Shown: positions 12,200 through 26,160 of the stretch, piece after piece | Layout: each line of letters opens with the position of its first letter | Numbering within the stretch: position 1 is the first letter of the stretch | Origin: the human T2T-CHM13v2.0 reference genome, Homo sapiens | Assembly (NCBI RefSeq): GCF_009914755.1 | Contig: NC_060945.1 | Length of the DNA stretch: 64,000 nucleotides | Strand: one strand, 5' to 3' | Translations under genes and position numbers: made by a program | Notes under the pieces: generated by a model | The model's database searches: none | Told to the model about the DNA's origin: nothing | The model's input: the letters and a program-made list of their open reading frames with translations, nothing else

Positions 12200-14700
12200 A
12201 AATTGTGATTATCATCTTCACATTTCTACAATATTGTTCTTTTCTATATTTCTAAATGTCATTTAAAGTTTTGCAAATATAAAAATGCTTACACTAAAAA
12301 AGTTAGAAAACACAAGCACCCTCTCCCATCCTTCTCTATTCCTAGACTTCCTATTTCAACTCTTTTTCTGATCCTTCCAATATTTAAAAAAAAAATGTTT
12401 CTAGTTGGTTAGATTTATTTTTCTAGATAATATATTTTCTTGATTTATGCATTAGGCATTATCTATTTATTCCTTTTTTTATCCTTGAGGATTTTGTACT
12501 CTTCTTACTTCCCAACTACCTTATAATTATTTTGTTAAATCATTAGTCACTATTAACATTATCATGGTATAAATAATATTATTCATGGCTGAGTTAAATA
12601 TTGTTTAATGCTTTATGTTCCTCTTTTGCCCATTTTTGGAATTAATAACTGTCTTTCTTTTTATATGATTGGTTCTCTATATATTGTTAATATTTCACCA
12701 ATAAATACTCTGACAATTATTTCAAGTGATTTGTTTCAAATATTTAATTTCAAACATCATACTTGTCATTGCAAATGCTCAAACACTTTAGATGTTTTTT
12801 CTGTTCTAATGTGTTCTAATGTGGTTTAGTTGTTCTCCGTTGAGGATAGAATGGAATTTCTCCTTAATCACTTCCAATTATCTCTGGTCTAAGTCTCACA
12901 TCATGTTTCTTTTTGTCTGTTCTCTCATTTGCAGAAACATATCTCCTTAACAGAAAAAGGGCACTTACATCCTTTTAGATCCTTCACATTTGAATGCTAT
13001 ATTGACTTGAAATCGAATTCTAGCCTGGAAATCATTTTTTTCTCAATATTTAGAAGGCTTCTCCAATTGTCTTCTAGCTTTCAGAGTGTTGAGAAGTCTG
13101 CAGAAGCCATTGTGATTCCTGTTTTGTTGTGTATGGCCTGTTTTTTCTTTCTTTTTCTCTGCCTCTTTCCTCTGGATTTTCTTCGAATCTTTGGTATATC
13201 CTAAAATGTCATATTATGTGTGTTGATATGGGTTATTTAAAAACTTCTCTTTAGGCCTATGTTCCCTTGATAAGTTCTTCATCTCTCTTTGTTCTCTCCA
13301 TCTGGAAACGGATTAGTCCAATGTTGAACATACTGGATTGATACTCTCATTTTATTATATTGCTCTCTGATTTCATTTATTTGACCTTTTGTTTTCCAGG
13401 AAAATTCCGTTACTTTTTCTACTAATTACTATAATAAATACAATAAATATTTTACTTTAGCTAGATTTTTAATTTGCAGAAATGCTTTCTGATTGTTCAC
13501 TTTTCATAACATTCTGTTCTTAAGTTTTGGAAAGGCAGTGACATGTAATGGTTATGAGGGTAGACTTTAACCACACTGCCTAGGTTCAAATCCTGACTCT
13601 GTCATTTACCTGGGTGCCCTTGACAAGTTATTTAGCCTTTCCATAAAGTGCACATGACAGTAATGCTTGAAAGATATTGCTATGAGAATGAAAAGAGACA
13701 CTATTATGGTGTTGTTGGAAAAGTGCCTGGTACATAATAAACACTAGATAGTAACAAGCAAATACTTGGAATATATTCCATTATCTTTCTGAAGTTATTA
13801 ATTATCATTTTTACAATTTTCCTTCTATTCCCTTCATTATCTTGTTTTATTCTGACTTCTTCTGTTTGCTTTGATTTCAGTCTTTCATATTTAAGCTGTT
13901 GTCATATGTCTGGAGATTGTGCTCTCTGGATACATTACTAAAGATCATGGTATGAAAAAACCCGACTGGAAGTTCTATGTAAATGGGTGGGCTTGTCAGG
14001 TGATCAAGTAGCAGTTAAGTCTTTTGTTTTCTTTTTCTTTTTTTTTTTTTTTTTGAGACAAAGTCTTCCTCTGCCACCCAGGCTAGAATGCAGTGGCACA
14101 ATCATGGCTCACTACAGCTTTAAACTCCCAGGCTCAAGCAATCCTCTCACCTCAGTCTCCTAACTAGCTGGGATTACAGACATGCACCATAATGTCTGGT
14201 TTATTTTCTATTTCTTGTAGAGATGGGTTCTCACTGTCTTCCCAGGCTGGTCTTGAACTCCTGGACTCAAGAAATTCTCCTGCTTGGCCTCCCAAAGTGC
14301 TGGGATTACAAGCATGAATCACCACACCTACCCCAAGGAAACTTTTTCATCAGAAGACCCTCAAATGACAGTTTCTGGAGTTCTTTTCTTTGAGACTATT
14401 CAGGTCTGCAGATACTAACCTTTCCATGCCCTGCTGGGCTGTGGAGAAAAGAAAGTAGTTTCCTTGCTGCCTTCAAAGGCTGAGCCTCTCAGGGCCTCTG
14501 TGATGCACACTGACTCATTTCATTGCAGCCTCCTTGTCTACAACTTCTGAGATTGCAACGTGCTCCAACTCTCCATTCACCTTTTATTATCCAAAACATT
14601 AGTTGACATCCTTTCTATCCTTCTCCCAAATCTCTTTGTCTCTTTAGGTTTGCATCTTCTTGGTAAGTGTATGTAGCTATTTAAACAAAATCTAGTTTTG
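12200..14700 (-). mobile_element. Highly decayed ancient L1 (L1M-type) region interrupted by a MIR (about 13530-13750) and an Alu
   Basis: T-rich antisense L1-like composition with phrases such as GTTGAGAAGTCTG...ATTGTGATTCC. Subfamily and boundaries are uncertain. Confidence 0.5.
14020..14333 (-). mobile_element. AluJ-like element
   Basis: Poly-T plus reverse Alu (CCCAGGCTCAAGCAATCCTC, CTCCCAAAGTGCTGGGATTACA). Confidence 0.9.
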
Positions 14701-16497
14701 CCAACTATATTCCTTCACATTTTTATTAACTCCAAGTCTCTTCCTTCACCCTGCCTTTTAAAACATTTGGACATATTTATCTTATTTGCTCAGCTCCTAA
14801 CTATATGAAACATATAGCAGGTATTGATTCCTGTCAATACCACCCCTACCTTACAGTTTTCAGATTGGCATAGGGACATGGCAGAATGACACAGTAGGAA
14901 GAAAGCAACACACACAGATGAAGCCTTTCCATTGAAGCCCATTCTTACATGTAAGTGATTGTGCTCTCTCCACATTTTCATATTCTTCTCACAAGCACAA
15001 AAATACAGTATTCTGTGGAAGAGTTTGCCTTTTCATTCTTTATAAACAGGATAAAACAGTCGAAGCTCAAGTTTTTATTAAAAATCTTCAAAATAACTTT
15101 TAAACTTAGAATATTATTCAGTACCACTGAATCGTGCCTCATTTGGCAGAAAGGCAATTCTGTCCATATTACAATACTGACAGAACAAATTGATCTAAAT
15201 TTTGCACAGAAGTGCTTTGTTATAAATTTTGTTATTAACTTTTATCTGAACATAGTACACCTCGTGTATAATATTAAAATTGCCTGCTTAATTCATACTT
15301 TATTCCCCAGAAGCAAAGAGGAAAGTAGATTGTACTGATCAATAGACCATGATTTCCTGTCTCTACCTACTGAAGAAAAATGCAATCAGTAGAATTTCAT
15401 GGAAGAGATATATATGAGCTTCCTTTCCTCAGAAACGCTATTCTTAAACAGGAAGAACAAGATCATTTCTATTTCCTTTCTATTTTCACTCATCAGAAAA
15501 ATTTATAGCAGATTCAAGAGTGACCAGATTATTTTTCAGGCCTGATCATTTGAAACTACATCAAAGTTGTAAAGCTATAGGAGAGGGTAAGTGTATTGTC
15601 TACTTCTTAAAACAATCAAAAGCCTCATATGATCTTCATGCCATCATCTTTGAGAACAATATAATTATAAGATGAAATACTCCAATTGCATGTCAGTTTA
15701 ATTACAAATAAATAGAAAATAATTACGGTGGATGTTTTTAATGAAAAAATGTGTATCACAGCTAAATCAAATTTCCTATGTATATTACATAAATCTGCAT
15801 ATATACTTAGGTATATATGTATGTGTATATGCATGCGTGTGTTCATACACATACACATATTAGGCTGTTCCAATTAAATGGAATTCCACCTTTTCTTTTT
15901 AACATAAAGGGTAATAAAAGAGCTTCTTAGGAGACTGAGTATATTGTAAATAGATGCACATTGCCTTCTCCCACCCAACACACACAAAGTGAGGTTTATA
16001 CATGAAGTGCAAAGCCACAGTGAGGCATGCTGCCTCGGAAGCCTACCTGCATTCTAACTGAAAGCATCTGCATGTGTTATTTGTGGGAAGAGGAAACAAA
16101 AATCAAGTGATCATTGACAGGATTTTAGAAACATGTTACCTGCAACTCAATTCTATTTTTTCTCAAATAAGAAAACTTTTCCATAACATTTGCAGCCATG
16201 TTTATGAGAAATGAAAGAAAGATCTGGTTTTGTCAACTGAATATACAATAAACCGAATATCCAAGTTAACATCTGTGCCCAGCAACACCCTCTCCAACCA
16301 AAATAATAATAATAACTGATTAACTACAAACCAATATCTGGTTGGAGAGAAATCAGATTTCTTGTTATGTTTCCAAGAGCATGTAATTCTGACCTCCTGG
16401 AGTGGCCCCTGCAAGCAGTGAAACACTCAGACTGTTTTCTGCTGAGCAGGCCTGGCAGAAGGGTCTGCTTTTCCTCGTTCTACCCATCCACGGAGAA

Positions 16498-16720
16498 CCT
16501 GTGGTGTGAAGAGAGCATGTGGACTTTGGAGGAGTGATGTAGAGTTGAGTTCAGACAAGCTACATGAACTTGAGCCTGACACCTGTCCTCTCCAAGTCTC
16601 AAATTTCCTCATTAATTAAAAGGAGAAAATAACATTTCCTCATGAGATTATTGTTGGGATTAAATTGTGCAAAATGTATAAAATTCCTGACACAGAGACA
16701 GTCTTAACAAATACTAATTT
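16498..16720 (+). mobile_element. MIR SINE remnant
   Basis: GTGGTGTGAAGAGAGCATGTGGACTTTGGAG start, MIR core-like TCTCAAATTTCCTCATT, GATTATTGTTGGGATTAAAT. Confidence 0.55.
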
Positions 16721-17069
16721 CATCCTCTCTCCTTCAGGGACAAAGGTAGAAAGCCTGAGATTCCTAGGAATTCACGCCCCATACTTCTTCTAGGACGTGG
16801 TCATAGTGTGATCCAGGTTCCTGGGAACATGTTCAACCCCTGTTTTCAAAGCCTGTACACACATCATTGCTCTTTTTACCTGGTGTTTTCTTGCTGTCAC
16901 ATGCTCTAATGATATTTGAATATGCTATTTATCCCCAGCTACCAGTTAAGGGAAATTTCTACGGGGAATTCACTTCTGCTTTCACTTAGATTTAGCATTT
17001 AGCTGTGGATTTGCAAATGCACTTGACACAAACTCCACACTCTTTTCCATCACCAGGAAGGCTGGAACG

Positions 17070-17530
17070 TCTCTGGTCTTTGCCTATCTATGCCATTCTC
17101 CTCCTTTCTTTCTCTGATCTGGTCACGCTGATCTCTCTGCACTTGGACTACCAGTCAGTTCTTACCTGTCCTGGGATTTTGCTCAAGCTCTTCCATCTGC
17201 GGGAAGTGCTTTTCCCTTTACTTTTGACATGGGTGGCTCCTTGTCATCAAAGCCTGCTTTCCTTCAGGCCACCTGTCCGTGGAGGTCCTGTGGTGTGATG
17301 AGAGCATGTGGACTTTGGAGGAGTGATGGCATAAGCCTTCATGTCACCTCCACAAAGGGCTTTCTCCAATCAAACACATATAGGTGCTTGATTGTTTTTA
17401 CTGTTTTGATGATTTGTTGTGTTGTTGGTTTATTTTGGTTACTGGAAGGCAGAAATTAGGCCTATCGCTAGCACTAGCATAGAACCTGGCAGACAGGGGC
17501 TCAGGAAATGGTTGTTGAATAAACGAATCG
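17070..17530 (+). mobile_element. L2 3'-end remnant carrying a 42-bp duplicated insert
   Basis: ATGTCACCTCCACAAAGGGCTTTCTC and terminal CCTGGCAGACAGGGGCTCAGGAAATGGTTGTTGAATAAACGAAT resemble the L2 3' end. Confidence 0.5.
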
Positions 17531-17733
17531 TCTCAACTGTATAGGTGTGCACGTTTTAGGCCACCTCCTTGGATTGACAAGTAACAGGATTAAAATTGCA
17601 GAATCCGTACCCCTCAAAACTCAAAAGGATTATGGCAGGTAGAACAAATGTTGAATTAGACAACATGAGAAAAAAATCCAGCAAAAATTTGGAAACACGC
17701 ATGCTACGAACTATTTAAAAAAAAAACACTTTC

Positions 17734-18060
17734 AGCTGGGCGCAGTGGCTCACGCCTGTAATCCAATCACTTTGGGAGGCTGAGGCAGGTAGATCCACAT
17801 GAGCTCAGGAGTTCCAGAGCAGCCTGGGCAACATGGGGAAACACCATCTTTACTAAAAATACAAAAAAATTAGCCGGGCGTGGTGATGCATGCCTGTAGT
17901 CCCAGCTACTCGGGAGGCTGAAGCAGGAGAATTGTCTCAACCCAAGAGATGGAGGTTGCAGTGAGCCGACATCGCATCACTGCATGCCAGCCTGGGTGAC
18001 AGAGTGAGACTCCATCTCAATTAAAACAAAAACAAAAACAACAACAACAACAACAACCAA
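17734..18060 (+). mobile_element. AluS-like element with (AAAAAC)/(AAC)n tail
   Basis: GCTGGGCGCAGTGGCTCACGCCTGTAATCC start, full dimer. Confidence 0.92.
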
Positions 18061-18849
18061 AACTTTCTCCTGTATGGAGAAATTCATAAGATATGTCAAA
18101 ATACCTTCCTAATGATGATAATGATCTATTATTGATCTTTATAACATTCTGTCCCATGGCTTCAACATCTTTTAAGATAAATTATTTTATTCTAACAGCT
18201 TTCCTGTGAAGTACTTATTCTGATTTTTACGCATATGAAAAACTATTTGAATTTCCTTTTCTACCGACTCAGCTCCTGATTCCAGGACTTCTAATTCTGA
18301 ACCCACGAGTTTTCCTGCAAAGCATTCATTGAAATGAAATATCTCCTCACCCATTGAAAGAAATTATGTCGGTCCCATCTCCACTAAAATCCTGGCCCTA
18401 TAATTCTCTGAATATTAGAGCTTGACTTGAATTTGCCAACTCCTGTTTGTGCAGATAGTGTGTTAGAAAAGTAACACTTCTCCTTTGAAAAAGAAAAGAA
18501 ACTTTCTTTACAAGATAATAAATATATAGGGGAAAAACATGGGCTTTTGTTTTTCTAGTTTATGGTGCAATCAGTATGTCATGTGGTTCATGCAAAGGCA
18601 GCTTCTTTATTTCAGACAGCAAAGGTCATCTCTTCTGACAACCAGTAGGTGAGCAGAATCCACTCAGTAGTATCACCTTACCAAGGCAGCAATGGGGAAA
18701 CTACAGAAGTTTGTTGCTGGTCTTTAAACCAGCACAGCTTTGATCACCACCTTGGAAAACCCTAATAAGCTTAAGAGTCTTTTCTATGACTGACTAATGT
18801 CTTGACTAGTGAAGGTCCCTTGGGAGAATCTGTCTCTTTCTGTCTCTCT

Positions 18850-19143
18850 TCTTTTTCCAGAGAGTGGGGCTCTCTCAGTCACCCAGGCTGGAATTCAATA
18901 GCATGATCATGGCTCACTGCAGCATTGAACTCATGGGCTCCAGAGATCCTTCTAGTCCTCCTGTATTGCTAGGACTACAGGTGTTGGCCACCATGCCTGT
19001 CTAATTTTTTTTTTTTCTTTTCTGCAGAGACAAGGTTATCCCTATGTTGCCCAGACTGGTCTTGAACTCCGGGCCTCAATTTATCCTCCCATTTCTGCTT
19101 CTCAAAGTGCTGGGATTACAGGTGTAAGCCACCAAGCCTGGCC
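18850..19143 (-). mobile_element. AluJ-like element
   Basis: Diverged reverse Alu dimer ending AGCCACCAAGCCTGGCC. Confidence 0.85.
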
Positions 19144-19645
19144 TCAAAATCCCTCTTTTAGGCAGACAGAGATAAGAATGAATGGGATTTGAATTCCCCA
19201 CAGGCATAATATATTGTTTCTGGGCTCTTCCCAGCATTCTTGTTATGCTGCAAGATTTGGAAGGAGGTGGTCTCATCTTATTTGTTTAACAATTATTTAC
19301 CAAATATCTATTATGGGCCTGGGACTCTGTCAGGTGTCCAAAGACGGAAAGGTATGAACTGTGCCTTCCAAGACTTTACAGTTCAGTGGGAAGACAGGCA
19401 GATCAACAGAGAGTGAGAATCCAATGTAACATGTTCTGTATCAATCTGAGGTGTAATAAGCAGTGAAAGCATAGAGGGTAAATTGTTAATTTGCCTGGAG
19501 AAGTTAGGAAATGTTTTACTAAAAAGGTAATTCTTGAGAAAACATTTAGTGAAACAGGAATTTGTCAGGTGGACAAGAAAAATGGGGGGCATATTCTAGC
19601 AATGGGCAGAGTATATGATATTAGAGGCATGAAATTGTTTGGTAC

Positions 19646-20805
19646 TGAAACCATCTTTGCAAGATTATGGCAGCAAGAAATCTGACATAGCTGACTCCAT
19701 CTTGCTTCTGACCTCCAAGCTGTCCTTGATCATTCCTGAGTGTAGGCCAAGCTAACTTTAGGAAGAATTTAGTATATAGTTTAATCTTAGAGCAAAGATT
19801 AAACTTCAAAACATGTCTCTTTCTTTGTTCAGGTAACATTATGCAGACAGGAGAGCTCTAATATAACATTTTGGACCAAACTGAGAGAGAAGAGGGGTGA
19901 TCTTTTCTGCATTCTGTTTGTCTGTTTCATAGACAAGAAAACTCTGAGGAAGTTTAGTAATCAACAAGCTTTAGAAATTTTGAAAACTGGAAGAAAGGTA
20001 TATCTCTCTATTTCCCATCTCTACTTCATGCTCCACATTTTAGTCAGTGCCTTTTATCTAACCACAAATCTAACTGTGTCCCTCTCTTGCTTCACAATGG
20101 TTCTTCAGTGGTTCCCCACCCCATGTAAATGTATACATGCTCACCTTACATTCAGCTCTACGCTATTGAGCATAGTATATTAGTTTTCCAAGGCTGCCAT
20201 AACGAAGTCATACAAACTGGGTGGCTTATAGCAGCAGATATTATTGTCTCAGTATTGGAGGCTAAAAGTCCAAAACTAAACCGTCTTTGCAAAACTAATG
20301 AAAGGCCACATTGTTAGGCTTTTATGAGAGGGTCTTGAACACTGATAAGATAGACACAGTTTCTACCATTCCTTACTGCTCAGGGGTCATGTAGCCAGAG
20401 GTTACAATATTTGTGACTTTCCTAATTTCTCCTGTAGATAACATCACTATTGTAGAATCTAAGATTGGTTTTTTGAGGTATCTTTCACGCTGCCCCACCC
20501 AGACTCATGACTCAACTGGTCATGTGGCCTCATCCAGAGGCAGACTCAGTGCCCGAGGACCATTTTCAACACCCTGTGATTTCATTCCCCAGCCAATCAG
20601 CAGCACCCATTCCCTAACTCCCTGCCCACAAAATTGTCCATAAAAACCACCTCCAAGCCTTTGGGGAGCCTGATTAGAGTGATAACTCTAGTTCTTCTGC
20701 ATGGGCTGGCCTCAATCAATTAAATTCTTCTCTACTGCAATGCCATAGTTTCAGTGGATTTATGCTGTTTGCGTAGTTGGCAGGAAAACCTGTTGGGCAA
20801 ATACA
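19646..20805 (+). mobile_element. ERV1-class solo LTR (LTR26/LTR8-like) split by a 479-bp foreign insert
   Basis: TG...CA termini. 5' TGAAACCATCTTTGCAAGATTATG...GACTCCATCTTGCTTCTGACCTCCAAGCTGTCC. Resumes at CAAAACTAAACCGTCTTTGCAAAACTAATGAAAGGCC. CCAATCAGC box, end CTGTTGGGCAAATACA. Confidence 0.8.
19797..20275. repeat. Left arm of a 479-bp inverted duplication (derived copy)
   Basis: Ungapped reverse complement of 21319-21797 with 24 mismatches counted by hand (about 95% identity). Confidence 0.95.
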
Positions 20806-20929
20806 ATATGGTCTAGAACTGAGGAATAATTCCCTACATCAAATGTGTATGATAAATAAGGAGAAAGACATGGGAGGGGGATGACAGGTGTTAGTTTACA
20901 GCCAGATTCTGAAGCATTTGGATGGCATG

Positions 20930-21418
20930 TGTTATGGGTTGAACTATATGGCCAAAAAAGATATGTTGAATTCCTGACCCCCAGCACCTCAGAATGTGAC
21001 CCTCTTTGGAAATACGATTGTTGCCAATATAATTAGTTTAGTTAAGATGAGGTCATATGAAGCAGGGTGAACCCTTAATCCAATAAAACCAGTGTCCTTG
21101 AAAGAAGAGGGAAACTTGGACACCCACATGCACAAAGGGATGACCATATAAGAACAAACAGGGAGAGACTGGCCATGTGAAGATGGAGGCAGGAAGTGGA
21201 ATTATGCCACCATGAATCAAGGAATGCCTAATGCCCAGGGCTATCAGAAGCTGGAAGAAACAAGGAAGGAGTCTCTCCTAGAGGCTTTGAAAAGAGCATG
21301 GCCCTGCCAATACCTTGATTTTGGACTTTTAGCCTCCAGAACTGAGACAATAATATCTGTGGCTGTAAGCCACCCAGTTTGTATGACTTTGTTATGGCAG
21401 CCTTGGAAAACCAATATA
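20930..21418 (+). mobile_element. MaLR solo LTR (MLT1B/C/D-like)
   Basis: TGTTATGGGTTGAAC start, CCTCAGAATGTGACC, GTTAAGATGAGGTCATA, end TTTGTTATGGCAGCCTTGGAAAACCAATATA. Confidence 0.8.
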
Positions 21419-21797
21419 CTATGCTCAATAGTGTAGAGCTGAATGTAAGGTGAGCATGTATACATTTACTTGGGGTGGGGAACAATTGAAGAACCATTGT
21501 GAAGCAAGAGAGGGACACAGTTAGATATGTGGTTAGATAAAAGGCACTGGCTGAAATGTGGAGCATGGAGTAGAGATGGGAAATAGAGAGATATACCTTT
21601 CTTCCAATTTTCAAAATTTCTAAAGCTTGTTGATCACTAAACTTCCTCGGTGTTTTCCTGTCTATGAAACAGACAAACAGAATGCAGAAAAGATCACCCC
21701 TCTTCTCTCTCAGTTTGGTCCAACATGTTATATTAGAGCTCTCCTGTCTGCATAATGTTACCTGAACAAAGAAAGAGACATGCTTTGAAATATAATC
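21319..21797. repeat. Right arm of the 479-bp inverted duplication (donor)
   Basis: Contains the 3' end of the intact MLT1 LTR plus its unique flank. Reverse complement of 19797-20275. Confidence 0.95.
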
Positions 21798-24189
21798 CTG
21801 CCAGGTCCCCTTATTTAGTGATGGGAATGTCATAGTGAAAAATGATAATACTAATACTATCTATACTATATATATTTATATATATGTATGTATATAATAC
21901 TATATAATATGGACTCTTAAAATGATTTTGATATTGATATTTTTATGATTAAAAAATTCAGTTGAAAACTCATCACCATGAAATGAATAAAGTAATATTC
22001 CAGTATCAAGCAATTTGACTTCCCAGAATTGTTTTTCTTGATCTTTATCCTAATTGGAAAAATGAATTCATATCCATATCTTGAACTATCTACTCCAATG
22101 CAAGCAAAAATCCTAAGAAGCATTCTCCAAGTAAGATCAATACTAAGGATACTGTAATACAGCTGTAATTTTCTGTTACGTATATTTCTTCCAATGTAAT
22201 GAACTGTTATGATAATTGGTAGCTTTAATGAAAGCAAATGACTTCTTTCTAATTTGGGTAGGTTGTATTCCAAGCTCTGATGTTCCTAAGTCTATGTACT
22301 CTTTAGCTGTTTCTAGTCTTGGATGGTTTAAATAGTTCTTATTATAAATGCAGAAAAATTGAGTATGTTTTCAGTATTTCCAACAACATAAATGCACATG
22401 CACAAACTTTACAAGTCATATATCTTTACTGAAATGACCAGATTCACTAGAGAGCAAGGAGACACTGCTAAAGCATTCTGATTCATATTCTGCAATGAGA
22501 CACAACATGTCTTTGCATATATGAGTAAATAATTTAACAACTGTAAGATATGTCCCAAAATATCTTTCATTTCATTTACTGGAATACCATAACTGACACT
22601 GATGCCAAAATATTAATTATATGACATAGCCAAAAATGTAAAGTATATGTTTCTAATTGAATTATATTGAAGGAGAAATTTAACATGACTTCACTTTGTT
22701 TTGAATGCAAATTACACAATGATATTATTAAATTAAGACTCTGTAAGTATGAAAAACTTTTGTGTACACAATTTAGTATTCAGTTGTCTTTGGTATTTTT
22801 ATGTAAAATCATAAAATTTATTTGGGAAAGTTAAGGCTCAGAGAAGAGCTGGAGAAGCTCAATTTAAGGGGAAAAAAATAAAGCTGAGAGCAGCACTGGG
22901 TCTAGAGCCCAAGTGTCTCTACTTGTGGTACAAATGTAGTGTAGTCTTACCATGTGAGTGAGCTTCTTCCCCAGTAACTAAGCCCTGGGTACAAAAACAA
23001 CAGTGGTTCCTATACTTCGTGATTCATACAAAGTTATATTTTAGAGAGATTAGTGGCCTTAAACAGAATTTCACAATAGTTTCTTACCCTGCAAATCAAA
23101 TGTTCTCCAAGGAAAGAACAGGTATAAAATACTTGGAAGGAGCTGTGAATGCCCCGTGTCAGCAATTGACATATGTGTCAGCATAAGTAGTGGTAGAATA
23201 ACCTAAGTAGGAAAAGACTTAACAAGAATATAGGTACAATTAAGAATGGTAGCAAAAGTGAACCAAAAATAGCTTGTATCTGCATGGGGTGGCCAAGTTG
23301 GGTATACACACCTACTGGCATTCATTCATTTTGTCATTCCTTTACCCCAACACCATTTTCGAGTTCCTACTATATGTCTAGCATTGGTAAATACATTCGT
23401 TTTTTAAAAGTCTGATTTGCTTACACTATCTGGATTTTTAAAATGAGTAATGTCTGGTTCTGAACCCATGCAATTGATTTCAAATCAGATAATCTAAGAG
23501 GACCTTAGATGCCTACATACTGACTTGAAGAAGGGTTTTATGGAGACGCCGATGGAGAATATGGATTATATGTTTTAAAGCCACCATTTCCCATACTCTT
23601 ATACTCAGTCTCATTCATTATTAAAGCCTAGAAGTAGATGAGAAGAAGGGAGATTTCTTGGAAGAGAAAAAATGAGCAAAATGAGCAAACATTTATTGAT
23701 AATCTGCTATAGATTACTGCATCTCACTAAATCCTCTTAACAACAGTATCAAGTGTTATTGTCTCCTGTGTTGCAAAGAGAAAACTGTGGTACAAAACAG
23801 CTAACTCACCTAAAGACAAAAAGCTAACAAGTAGTCAAGAGTTAAACCCAGGCCTGTCTGACACCACTGTACCACACAGCCAAACCTGTTATGCAGAATA
23901 AAACTCACAAGATAATTAGTGGAGAAAGATGATAAGCCAAAAGCAACTCCATGCATTTCTTTAGCAGTTGGCTGTACATCTAAAGCTTTATTTTATAGTC
24001 AAAGAAGATCGCCTCTTTATCCTATCCCTCCTTCTCTTCCTCTGGTTTCTTTCAATTCATTTTCCACTTTGTAATTCCTTTCCAAGTGCTCACTATGTTG
24101 TCACCTTCTCCTAAGACCCAAGGGAGTATTTTTAGGAGCAGTCAGAGGAAGAAACCGAAGGCTGGGGAGGATCACTCCAAATCCACTCA

Positions 24190-24626
<437 letters not shown>

Positions 24627-25867
24627 CATGTTTTGGTTTGTATACCTCACAGAAGGCCTCCAAGACGCAGGGAAAATATCTTCAATGACTCATCCTCTAT
24701 TGATAACACTAGCTTTTACACCAGGAGTCATGCTGAGAAGTTCAGAGACAGTGTTAAACTGCCACAACAAGTCAATGAACTCAACAAAATGCATTGCTTA
24801 CACATAAATCTACAATTGCCTTGCTGGTTTTGTGATGCAGCTTTCTGAAATATGTATTTGTTTCCTTTTAACATGGGTTCTTGGCCTCCATCTATATACC
24901 AAGCAGAGATCTAAGCACCAGCACATAAAATATCTCTTAGCATCCTAACAATAAGTCTGAGAGAAAGCTTTATTTTTCCCACCACACAGAAAGAGACTGT
25001 GGATCAGAGAGTAGTGTGACTGCGGATGTCATCGATTCCAAATTTAAACTCAGGATTCCTTCCTTTAAAGTCTAGTGGTCTTTCCATTATACCATGCTAC
25101 ATAAACTTCTCAACATCACAATGAATAAATACAATGCTAGCCACAATAAAAGTGCAAAAATGCTCTGAACATATGAGGAGTTTAATAAATATTTGGGGAT
25201 TGGTAGATTTGTATAATTTCAAAAGGCAAACCAACAAACCTTGTCTCCTTGCCAATGGGACGTATGTCTTGACAATGAAAATAACAGGAAGACATAATAA
25301 TTTATTCACTTCCAATTACCTATCTGCAGATGGACTTGCTAATTGGTTCTGTTTTCGTTATTAGTAAAGACATAATCTTACCTTTTTAACAATTTTCCCA
25401 GATACACAAAGGGCAAGCTGCTACTCTCATTGACAACTCATTGGCAGTAACCACATTTAAAGTCAGTTGTGTTTTAGTCAAAGGAGACTTTTCTCCACTT
25501 GCATCTGAATTGAAGTAATGCACAACAAATATAGCTATCAAATTTACTAATTGTGTTAAATAAGGATATCCAAGTGTTGCAAGACCATCAGAAAAAGCAC
25601 ACTACAAAAGCTAAGTAGTCAATTTCAAAAAGCCTTTTAACATAAGTATTTCAAAATCATTAATTTTGTTACCATTTAACACCAGTGATTTTCATTTCCC
25701 ACAATCTATTCTGACATTTAAAGGAAGATTTTTAAAGTATCTCTTGCATCATATAAGACTACCACCATATAATGCCACTTAAAAATTACTGCATTTTACA
25801 AAGGTAAAGGCAGGGGGAGGTTGGCCCATGAAAAAATCTAATAAAACCTTCCATATATATATATAAA

Positions 25868-26160
25868 ATTTTTTTTTTGAGACAGGGTCTCACTTTGTCG
25901 CCCAGGCTATAGTGCAGTGGTATGATTTTGGCTCACTACAACTTCTGCCTCCCGGGTTCAAGCTATTCTCTTGCCTCAGCCTCTCAAGTAGCTGGGGTTA
26001 CAGGTGTGCACCAACATGCCTTGCTAATTTTTGTATTTTTAGTACAGATGGGATTTCACCATGTTGGCCAGGCTCGTCTTGAACTCCTGATCTCAAGTGA
26101 TCTGCCCACCTCGGCTTCCCAAAGTGCTGGGATTACAGGGGTAAGCCACTGCTCCTGGCC
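25868..26160 (-). mobile_element. AluS-like element
   Basis: Reverse dimer. ORFs 25922-26269 and 26056-26286 are Alu-derived. Confidence 0.92.

Noticed and set aside
21228-21833. 201-aa minus-strand ORF and its near-twin ORFs at 19980-20317
   Set aside because: Spans an MLT1 LTR and the inverted-duplication arm. The twin has a stop (VY* versus VYW). No splice or homology support.
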